Assembly (NCBI GenBank): GCA_013416795.1
Contig: RQSC01000006.1
Span: 94,313-158,312, forward strand
DNA from: Prasinococcaceae sp. CCMP 1430
Taxonomy: Eukaryota; Plantae; Prasinodermophyta
DNA: 64,000 nt
Direction of reading: 5' to 3'
This document shows positions 55,396-64,000 of the stretch, one piece after another (position 1 is the stretch's first letter; the number at the start of each line of letters is the position of its first letter). A program made the translations under genes and the position numbers. The notes below the pieces were generated by a model. The model saw only the letters and a program-made list of their open reading frames with translations, made no database searches and was not told the DNA's origin.

Positions 55396-56178
55396 ATGGG
55401 CGTGTGCGTCGGCGAGGCCGACACTGTCGACCGAGAGCCCGAGGAGTTCGACCTCAGGCACTGCGACCGATGTTGCGTGTCGCTGCTGGCGGATTTTTAC
55501 ACGTGCCAGGTGTGCGAGCGCACGGACGACGGCCCCTGCCACGACCTGTGCCCGGCGTGCTTCAACCTGCTGCAGGCCAACTCGAAGGGCTCGCGTCGCA
55601 AGCGCAAGACGTGGCACGCGCACGGGCCCGAGCACTTCAAGCGGACCATCGGTGATAGGTGTGACATCTGCTTCGAGTACTTCTTCGTGCGCGCGCCACA
55701 CGACGGCAGCGGCATGGTGCCGCCGTACGTCCCCAACGAGAGGTGCAAGTGCGGTGCGGGGGAAGGCGTGACGACAGTGGCGCAGCCCGCGCAGCAGCCC
55801 GTGCAGGCCATCGGGACGGGCTCGGCATTTGCGCCCGTGTCGGCGACCGGCAGCGCCAGCGGCGCTGGGGTCGGAGCCGGCACGGGTGGGGGCGCCGGCG
55901 TGCTCGGAAACCCGGACTGGGAGGCGAGGTTCCCCGCTGCTGCCGCAGCAGCGACTCTGGCCTCGGCCGCCGCCCCGCAGCCGCAGCCGCAGCCGCAGCA
56001 GAGGCAAAACCAGCTCCGTCAGCAGCAGCTGACAATACCCAGCGAGCTGCCGCCGCTGCCGTCGCCCGCCGACCTGGGCGTGCTCGGCGACGCGGGCGCC
56101 TTGACTGCGGATACCTCCATCCCTGCCGTGGGCGAGCCCCAGTATGAGGAAGGCGAGCCGCAATGCCCGCAGCAGTAG
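55396..56178 (+). CDS. ZZ-like zinc-finger protein (may be 5'-partial; N at 55369)
   Basis: CDRC...YTCQVC...HDLCPACF...HGPEH; additional CDIC and CKC. Confidence 0.6.
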   Translation: MGVCVGEADTVDREPEEFDLRHCDRCCVSLLADFYTCQVCERTDDGPCHDLCPACFNLLQANSKGSRRKRKTWHAHGPEHFKRTIGDRCDICFEYFFVRAPHDGSGMVPPYVPNERCKCGAGEGVTTVAQPAQQPVQAIGTGSAFAPVSATGSASGAGVGAGTGGGAGVLGNPDWEARFPAAAAAATLASAAAPQPQPQPQQRQNQLRQQQLTIPSELPPLPSPADLGVLGDAGALTADTSIPAVGEPQYEEGEPQCPQQ

Positions 56179-56375
56179 CGCCTGGGCTTCGCCTCGGATG
56201 ATTAAAGCGTTGCGCGACTTTTTTGTCCTACATGCAGGAGCGGTGCGCGCGCGCGCGCGTGCGTGCGACAGCGATGCTCGTTCCGAGTCGGACGCGTCCC
56301 CGACTAGGCATTGACCTCACCGAGCCGGAGTGGCGAGTACAATATCCATTTGTTACACGGGTGGTTGTCAAGCGT

Positions 56376-57640
56376 CCGCCGAGCGCCTCGGCGGCCAGCG
56401 AGGCGCGCCTGCGCACCTCGGGGCCCGAGAGGGTCGCGCGCCAGCGCGCGGAGGCGGAGGGGGAGGCGGAGCCCCCACCCCGCAGCGCGTGCGCGTGCGC
56501 GAGGGAGGCGTCGGGCGACGGCGCGTTGAGCGCTTCGTAGACGTCGATCTCGCTCGCCGAGCTAGACGGCGGCGGCGGCATCTCTGGCCTGTCCACCGAC
56601 TCCCACCCCTCCGCGCTCGGCGACAATCCGAAGTCAAAGTCGCGCCGCCTGGTTGGGCTGCGCGTGGCGTTCTCGGCTATCCACGACGATATGGCGCTAC
56701 TCTCGGGGCTGTCCGCACCGAAGCCGGCGTTGTCGGCGATCGCGAGGCCCTCGTCGGCGTACCCACACGGGGCGGCGTCGGCGGCCGATACGTGCGCGCC
56801 TTCGCCGGTGGCGCTCGCGTTGCCCAGCCGGCGCGACACGCGCCTGGAGGCGGCGACACGCGCGGCGGAGGCGGCGTTGGTCGCGGCGGTGCGCGGCTCC
56901 TCTCCGGCCGCCCACGCGGAACACAGCGCGGCCGCGGCGACGAAGGGGAACCAGCCCGGCGGCTGCGGCGGCGGCACTCCCGCCGAGCACAGCGCCAGCG
57001 AGCACGTGCTGCCGACCGTGCGCGCGAGGAGGTGCGCTCCGGCATTCAGCAGCTTGAGGGAGGCCTCGTCGCGCACGCTCGGGTGTGGGTCCGACGCGGC
57101 CTGCGCCTTCGCGGCGTCCGCGTCCGCATCCGCTGCGGGCCTCCACAGCACACACTCGCCTCTGTCCTCAGGAGGCCCCGTGTGCCAGTGGGCGTCTCTC
57201 TGCCACACCGCGCTGCGGGAGCCCCTGAACGTCCCATCGTGGAGCAGCGGCGAGCCGGTGTACGCCGCGAGCAGCTGGGCGTGGCGGACGGCCTCGCCAA
57301 GCGCTGTGCCGAGCTCCTCGGGGGGGAGGGCGCTGAGGGCGGCCGGGCCGTCCGGCAGGCGCGCGCCGCAGAGCCTGACCACGACCGGCGCCACCAGGGA
57401 GCCCGCGGCACGGCCCACCGCCCTCCCGCGCCCGTAGTCCTCCTTGGCCGCGGTCAGCGGCAGGACGCGCTGCAGCTGCTCCAGCAGCTGCCGCCGGCGC
57501 GTCGCCAGCGCCGCGGTGGCCTCCGCCAGGGATTCCCGCTCCGCTGCTGCGCGCTCCGCGCGCGCAGCCTTGGCTCCCGGCGCGCGCGCGGCGGCGAGGT
57601 GCTCGAGCGCCTCGGTGAGCTCGCGCTCGCGCTCGGCCGT
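56376..57640 (-). repeat. Second partial ATG14-like copy; 56376-57568 duplicates 52758-53950
   Basis: Constant offset of 3618 bp and identical ORF translations; lacks the natural C-terminus and runs into the Pta fragment. Confidence 0.9.
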
Positions 57641-57644
57641 CGGG

Positions 57645-58400
57645 CCCTGGACGCCACGGTGCTCCACCGCGCGGACCTGCTGCCGCGGCACGAGGTGCAC
57701 AACGTGGTGGTCGCCGACTCGACCCTGGACGACGAGCTCGCCCAGCTGTCGGAGCACCCCAAGTCGCTGCTGGTGGTGCACGCCTCTCGGCTTGAGATCA
57801 TCCTGGGGCTCATTCTGGCGATGCGGTCGGGCGCCTTCCCGCCCCTGGCTGGCATCGTGCTCGGTGGGGGCGGGGAGGTGCCGCAGGTGCTGCGGAAGGT
57901 GCTCGCCACGCTGCAGGAAATGCCGTTGCCAATCCTGCACACCGCGCACAACGTCCGCGACACCCTCGCGCTCGTCTCCGAGAGGCAGAGGAAGCTGCGC
58001 TCGGAGAGCGTGGAGCAGGTGGAGGCGGCGGAGCGGCTGTTCGAGCGAAACGTGGACGCTGAGGCGCTGTGCAGGATCATCGGCGAGCCGGCATCGCCCG
58101 AGCTCACGCCGAAGCTCTTCCAGCACCGCATCTTCAAGTCGGCGCGCAATGACCGCAAGCGCATCGTGCTCCCTGAGGGCAACGACCCGCGCGTCGTGCG
58201 AGCCGCCGCCGAGCTCTCGCGCCGGGGCCTGTGCGACGTGCTTCTGCTCGGCAAGCCCGAGGAGGTGGCAGCGCTGGCCAAGAGGCACCACCTCGATATG
58301 ACGGGCGTGGAAGTCGTGTACCCGCCCGCGTCGCCCGACTACGAGCCGCTGATCGACGCATACACCGAGCTGCGGAAGGCCAAGGGGATGACGCGCGAGA
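57645..58400 (+). other. pta: Phosphate acetyltransferase fragment (DRTGG region plus start of the PTA domain); no start or stop of its own
   Basis: LTPKLFQ, KRIVLPEGNDPRVVRAA, LLGKPEEV, ELRKAKGMT; ends at single N 58401. Confidence 0.8.
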
Positions 58401-58401
58401 N

Positions 58402-58726
58402 CCTCGCGCCGGCGCTCGCCAGGTGGGCGGGCTCGTCCTTCGCGCCCGCGTCCGCGGCGGCGGACGCGGCTGCGGCGCTCACAGAGTCCATGTGGCTGGG
58501 GCGCGGCGACCGCAAGACGCGGCGGGGGAAGATTTTCGCCGGCTCGAGCGGCCTCGCGCGCCCGTCAGCGCGCAACGAGCGCCGCGCCACCGAGCGCAAG
58601 TTGCTCGGGCCGTTCCAGTCGCCGCGCGCGTTCTCCGACTTCGACCCGGACGCACGCAAGGAAACACGTGCGGCGCGGCGGCTGAGGGAAAACGGCGGCA
58701 TCGAGACAGACCCCACGCAGGTCTGA
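58402..58726 (+). CDS. Organellar small-subunit ribosomal protein bTHX/PSRP4 (5'-partial)
   Basis: GRGDRKTRRGKIFAGSSGLARP motif after transit-like residues. Confidence 0.75.
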
Positions 58727-59196
58727 GGCGCTCGAGGCGAGGCATGGCGCGCGCATCGCTGGTGCCGCCGATGTTGCAGGTGCGCCCGCACACGCACGAC
58801 ACGATTTTTTCCCACCCCGCCGCAGTCACGGTCTGGCCGTGCGCCTCGAGGTGGCGCCACATAATAATAACAACAGCATCGAACCAACGCCGGCCCGCGA
58901 GTGCACCCACGCGCGCATGCGCAAGCGCGCGTGCGGCCAGGCGCCCAGCCGGCGCGCCTGGAGGCCGTCAAGTACGAAATGTGGTGCTGCAGAATCATTA
59001 CATGAAAGGTGCATCCTACGCTTGGACGGTGCATCCCTGCGCTGCTGAGCGAGGGCGCGCGCGCGCCCGCCGGCTTGCCACGCGCGACGACGTCGCATCG
59101 CGCGGGCGGCGGGGCGGTGCCGCGGCGCTATCCGCTCGTGGTTGTCGTATATCACATTGAAGTCGAGGAGCGCCGAGCTCACGGGACGGGCCCCAT

Positions 59197-60684
59197 TCAG
59201 TTCTTGGCGATGCTCGTAGCATTGTACAGGTCGCCGAGGCCGACCGCGGCCTTGGACTTGCGAGCTGCCAGCGTGACGAGGCCGGCGGTATGGTACATGT
59301 AGCGCACAGCGGCGTCCTTCGCGTCCTGGGTGCCCATGCTCGAGAGGGACACGAGGCGCTGGTGTGCGATGGCGAGCGCCCATGGTGCGGAGCCGACCGT
59401 CGCTGCGGCATCGGCCGACGCGGGCTTGGGCGGCAAAGGCGCGCGCGAATCGGAGGAGACCGGCGACGAATCCACCTCGGCATCCCGCTCGCCGTTCCTA
59501 GCGACGCCGTCGACGTCGGCAGTGAGCGCAGACAGTGACGGCACCGGGGAGAGGCTGCGCTGCTTGCCGAGGCCGCGCCAGGCAACCCTCGGCAGCAGCC
59601 GCCTGTTCTCCGCGAACAGCGAGGCGCCGCGCACGAGCACCGTCGCCGACATCGCGACGCCCAGAGCGGCCCCAAATGCCGTCGCTGCGCCCAGCTGCGT
59701 CACGCCTGACGTGAGCCACGCGACGTCCTCCTCGAGCTTTCCTCCCCAGCGCGCCGGAGTCACGTGGCTCAGCAACCCGCCCAGCCCCTCCCCGTCGCCC
59801 GGCGCCAGCGCGCCCCGATGCGACGAGCCGCTGGCCACTGCGTCGTCCCGGAAGGGCGCGTGCGGCTGGCGCTCATGCGCGGCGGACGGCACGCAGTACG
59901 TCGACGGGCGGACGCACCATTCCCTCGAATCGTCGGCGTGGACCGCGTCCCGCCCATCGCCGCCGCCGCCGCCGCTCTCGCGGGCCCCGTTCCCGGCGCC
60001 GGCGCCGCTGACGGACGTGTCCTCACGAATGACGTCGAGAGGGGAGAACGACAGGCGCCGCTGGCGGAAGGCGGCAGGCGCGACCGGCGCGCGCGACACC
60101 AGCGCGGCCACCTCTCGCCCATCACCGAAGCTGCCGAGCAGGCTGAATTCGGCGCACTGCCGTGTGCGCGTGCCGCCGCCCGCCGCCGTGCTCGCCGCCG
60201 TGTCCGCCGCCGCGCCTGCCTTCGGGCTGTCTGGCGGCGAGTCCTCCGGCGAGGAGGCCGCGTCGCCGTCGTCGTGCATGAGTTGCAGGCCCTCGGGTCC
60301 GGCGGTGCCCTTGAGCACGAGCGCGCCCGACCCTGCCGTCACCACGAAGCGCACGCGCGCGCCCTCGAAGATGACCTGCGAGCTCGCGAGGAACGTCACG
60401 GCGTCGTCCCACTGCCGGCGCAGCACCGTCGTCGCCGCCTCGCCGGGGCGCAGCGCGCGGCCGTCGACCGAGATGCTGCCACGGCCGCCCTTTAGCGCCG
60501 CCTGCGACCCGTCCCCGTCGCTGCCCTCGCCGTCGTCGAGCTCGAGCGTCAGCGCGAGCGTCGCGGGCACCGTCTTCGCGGGCACGCCCCGCAGTACGAG
60601 CTGCACGCAGCGGATCTCGCAGCGCGGCGGCGGCAAAGCCGCCGCCGCCGTGCGCGCCACGGCCATGCTCCCCTGCTCGCACAT
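59197..60684 (-). CDS. At1g01500-like plant uncharacterised membrane protein
   Basis: EIR.V.L...P.TL.L, V.G...LRR...TF..S..V...G.V.F.V N-terminal domain; EEDVAWLTSGV plus Gly/Ala-rich TM segment; TGTAA at 58998-59002 (minus strand). Confidence 0.6.
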   Translation of the reverse strand: MCEQGSMAVARTAAAALPPPRCEIRCVQLVLRGVPAKTVPATLALTLELDDGEGSDGDGSQAALKGGRGSISVDGRALRPGEAATTVLRRQWDDAVTFLASSQVIFEGARVRFVVTAGSGALVLKGTAGPEGLQLMHDDGDAASSPEDSPPDSPKAGAAADTAASTAAGGGTRTRQCAEFSLLGSFGDGREVAALVSRAPVAPAAFRQRRLSFSPLDVIREDTSVSGAGAGNGARESGGGGGDGRDAVHADDSREWCVRPSTYCVPSAAHERQPHAPFRDDAVASGSSHRGALAPGDGEGLGGLLSHVTPARWGGKLEEDVAWLTSGVTQLGAATAFGAALGVAMSATVLVRGASLFAENRRLLPRVAWRGLGKQRSLSPVPSLSALTADVDGVARNGERDAEVDSSPVSSDSRAPLPPKPASADAAATVGSAPWALAIAHQRLVSLSSMGTQDAKDAAVRYMYHTAGLVTLAARKSKAAVGLGDLYNATSIAKN

Positions 60685-61195
60685 CGCCGCGCGCTGCCCG
60701 AGGGCCGCCCCCGCGCCGCAAAAATCCCCCCGCCGCGCGCGAAAAAGCGCGGCGGGGGGCGCGCCGCGCCCCCTTCCCCCTCCCGCGTGCGCGCGCGAGG
60801 GGTGGGGGTTGGGGTGGGAGAAGGCCGTGCGGCGCGTCTCCCGCGCCCTCGCGACGCGCCTCACTCCCCACCCCGCGGCGCGCGTCGCCGCGCGTGTGGC
60901 CCGGGGTGGGGGTGGGTAGGTGTGTGTGTGGGCGGTGGGGGGCGGCGCTGTGGCGCCGCCGATTTGCGCGCGTAAATCGCATCGGATTCCACATTTTACA
61001 GATCAAATGTAATGCATTTACATATAAACATGGATTCAAAATATCCCGATTCCCGATGGAATGCCCGTATGGATTCCACAGCGCGGTGCAGGCGCGCGCG
61101 CGCGCGGGACGCCCCCCGCCCGGCCGTCCCTACCAACCCAAACCTCTCCAAACTCCAAAACCCTCATCACAATGAATGTGAAAAGGTATGAAGAT

Positions 61196-61204
61196 AAACC
61201 CTAA
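61196..61204 (+). promoter_or_regulatory. Telo-box AAACCCTAA (also 18090-18098, 55041-55049; near-matches 61673-61697)
   Basis: Interstitial plant-type telomere motif in AT-rich intergenic islands. Confidence 0.55.
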
Positions 61205-61911
61205 AAGGGTGTTTACCCCAAACACGCCTCGGACGCCGCCGCCGGCCGCAGCAGGGTGCGGCGAGCGCACCCAAATCCGCGCGCGCGCGCGCGCGCGCCT
61301 CTCCCGCAAAGAGTGAAAAAAAACGCGACGTTTCGGATCAAATCTTCGGTCAGTGCGCCGCGAAGGCGGCGCCATGCCGCCCATACCCCCGCCGTATCTC
61401 CAAGAATCCCCCGTCAGGCGCCCACCGCGCTTTTCATCCGCTTTTTTAGTTTTTCCCCAAGATCGGGCTTTTGCGGATCGAAGCGTGGGCGAGCGCATCG
61501 CGCGCGGGCGCGTCCCCGCGCGCGCGTCCGCGTCTTTTCCCTGTCGTGTGCCCGGCCCGAGCGACGCTTCTGCTCCGCCGCACGCGACACGTGGACGGAG
61601 GCGCGTGCACACGTGTGCACCGCGACCCGTGTCAAAACAAAGCATGCGCACCCAACCTAAAAATCTACCCATTTAGGGTTCATTTGTAGGGTTTAGGACA
61701 CACGCAGCTAGGAGGATGAGGAGTGGGCGGCGCCTGTCGCCGCCGCGGCGCGCCAGGCCTCCCCTCTCGCCGCGGGGCTGGCGCGCCAGCGCACGCACAA
61801 AGGTGGATTTACATGCGCGTATCCCCGGCAGGTGCCGCCGGCCGCCGGCGGCCGGTCCCCTGCGTAGCTCCCGCCGCCGCACATTCACCAGCTCCCGCGG
61901 CGCCGCGGCGC

Positions 61912-62456
61912 TCACGAGGGCCAGGCGCCGAGGCCGACGTCGTCCAGAAACGACTGCGCCACCCACGGCCTCTTCGCGCTCGCCGAGGCCTTATAAGACG
62001 GCGACGCCGGCGACGCCGGTCCGTGCTGCTGCCCGCGGGCGTCAGCTGCCGCGCCGTCGGCGGCAGCGGCGGCACCCCCCCCGCCATCGGGGGGCGTCCC
62101 CGGCTGCGCGTGGCTGGGCTTGTGGAAATGCTCGAGCAATGCCTTGCGGCCCTGCACGCGAGCGAAGGTCACCTCGCACACCTTCTTGCTGTTGAAGTCG
62201 TCCCACGTGCGGCCCTGGAAGGCCTTGTGGAACGGCACCGTGTCGGCGGCCTCGATGAAGTTGATGAAGGCGTAGCCCAAATTGCACTTATTCTTGGAAT
62301 CCGTGGGCAGATAGAAGAAGTCGAACGTGTCCTTGAGCTCCTTCTCGAGCAGCGCGAGCAGCATCGGCTGCGTGTACTTGTTTGGTATGTTTCTGATCAT
62401 GAGGGTCGTCCGCGCGCCGGCCTTGCCGCTCTGCGCCTCCTCGGCGCTGAAGGCAA

Positions 62457-62492
<36 letters not shown>

Positions 62493-64000
62493 GGTGGTCA
62501 GCGCCGCCTCCACTCGGTGGCGCGCCACCGTCGCCCGATGGGCCCGCCGACGCGGCGGCGGCGCCCGCCGACGCGCCCGCGGATGGTGGCGGCGGAGGCG
62601 GCGGCGGCGGCGAAGGCGGCGCAGTCTCGCAATGAGCTTCGTGAAGTCGGCGGGTGAATTCCCGCTCGGCAGCGCGCCCTGCGCGAGCATCTTCTCCTTG
62701 ATGGCCGGCGTGCCCAGCGACTTGGCCACTTCCTGCTGAATGCGGTTCACGACCTCGGGCGGGGTGCCGGCCGGCGCCAATGGCAGCCTGATGACGATCC
62801 AGACCTCGGTCGCGACCCAGGTGAACCTGATCTACGGCACACCGGCGGCGACCACGATCCAGTTCTGGGATGGCACCGACAATTCGGGCGACGGCATCGC
62901 ACAGGGCGGCAGCGGCAGCTGGACCAACAGCTTCCCCAACTGGACCGACGCGGCGGCGACCAACAACAGCGCCTGGTCCGGTGCATTCGGCGTGTTCGGC
63001 GGCGCCGCCGGCACGGTGACGGTGGACGACGCAATCCTGTTCACCGGCGCGCAGTTCATGACCGACGGCTATGAGATCGCCGCCGGCACGGGCTCGCTGA
63101 GCGCCGACAGCCCGCTGACCAATATCCGCGTCGATCCCGGCGTGGCCGCGACGATCAGCGCCGGCATCGGCGGCAGCGGCGGGGCGAAGCCTACGGCCGT
63201 GGACACCTGTGGCGCGTGGGCGGCGTGGCCGGCGAGCGCATGCTGCTGCGCGCGCCACTCCGCCACCTGGGTCGGCGAGACCATGCCCATGTGCCCGCCG
63301 AGGCCGGGCGAATGCGCCAGCTGCTGCTGATGCCACGCGAGAAGACTGGCGCCCCCCCCGGCGTGCGGCGCGCTCGACACCCCGCCCGCCGCCATCGCCG
63401 CGGCGTGCGCCAGCGCCTGCGCCTGCGCGTGCAGGCGCTCGACCTCGCTGTTGGCGCGCGCCTTCGCCTTCGCCGGCCCGCCCTTTGGCCTGCCGAACTC
63501 CACGCTGATGGTCCTGCCGTCGATCTCCGCCTTGTCGAGCGCCGCCCTCGCGCTCGCCGCGTGCCGCACGTCAAAAAATTCCACGAAGCGGTGCGCCTTG
63601 TTGCGCTGCGCCTCCCGCACCCCGCGCACCTCGCCGTGCGACGTGAATGCCGACATGATGGTCTGCGTGATGGACTCCCCGGCGCCCTCGGTGACGTTGA
63701 AGACCACCAGGGTGCCCTGGTTGGCCACGAAGGGGTCCGGCGGGGTGAAGAACACGTTGGCGTCCAGGCTGGTGTCGCCGCCGAGCCAGGCTCGCGCGAC
63801 CTGGGTGGCGAGCCCGTCCACGGCGGCCATCGCGTGCCGGATGTCGAAGTACGACCCCACCGCGTAGGGCAGCGCGCCCGTCGCCGGCGAGCCCGGGTAC
63901 TGCGTCCACGAGCGCAGCGGGCCGAAGATCTCTGCGAGCAGCTGGAGCGCGGGCTGGTGCTCGAGCGACGCGCAGAGGCCCTCGACGCAGATGCTGCGCG
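61912..64000 (-). CDS. Mei2-like (AML/TEL) RRM RNA-binding protein, 5'-partial, interrupted by bacterial patches at approx. 62628-63183
   Basis: RRM2 NQGTLVVFN...FVEFFDVRHA; RRM3 RTTLMIRNIPNKYT...DFFYLP.D..NKCNLGYAFINF...FARVQG; TGTAA at 61809-61813 (minus strand). Confidence 0.9.
62628..62778 (-). other. Bacterial Bug/TctC tripartite tricarboxylate transporter substrate-binding protein fragment
   Basis: APAGTPPEVVNRIQQEVAKSLGTPAIKEKMLAQG...SPADF, the C-terminal motif of Bug proteins. Confidence 0.75.
62775..63183 (+). other. Bacterial autotransporter passenger-domain fragment
   Basis: QVNL...QFWDG...DGIAQGGSGSW...NWT...N.AW...F.G.AGTVTVD...GAQFMTDGY...IRVD.GV.ATI...IGGSGG. Confidence 0.75.

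Noticed and set aside
56228-58726. 687-aa and 798-aa ORFs as single genes
   Set aside because: Each is part real frame and part antisense of another fragment, across chimeric junctions
1-64000. tRNA, rRNA, transposase or Introner elements
   Set aside because: None recognised by eye; introns share composition but not alignable sequence. tRNAscan-SE, Infernal and RepeatModeler would be needed to exclude them

Overview
Eukaryotic, gene-dense, very GC-rich nuclear DNA. It is most consistent with a green-lineage alga, probably prasinophyte-grade (inference from WRKY, Mei2-like, bTHX/PSRP4, DUF1350, J-domain-ferredoxin and At1g01500-like genes, GT-AG introns often with CTGAC branch points, TGTAA poly(A) signals and AAACCCTAA telo-boxes). 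About 33 protein-coding loci are recognisable. They include WRKY, ATM1/ABCB7, glucuronokinase, a secreted bicupin, MsrB, a Nudix hydrolase, NFS1, a MOV10/SDE3-like helicase, an RluA pseudouridine synthase, a TPR protein, BRF1, an IQ protein head-to-head with a kinesin, two GNATs, an EF-hand mitochondrial carrier, a HAD hydrolase, ATG14-like (two partial copies) and Mei2-like. The most striking apparently genuine gene is a spliced signal peptide-LRR-cationic linker-trypsin zymogen-2x somatomedin B-GPI protein (25655-28599). The most striking structural pattern is a set of foreign coding patches spliced into host genes at GC-rich seeds or single N bases: bacterial RND, Bug/TctC and autotransporter fragments, a dynein heavy chain fragment, a Pta fragment and a 1.2 kb exact duplication. 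These are most likely gap-filling chimeras and must be checked against reads before any biological claim. Recurrent promoter motifs (TCAAAACGCA, TAYGGATW) and a 42-bp tandem array are also present. All family calls come from motif recognition by eye; no database search was run.
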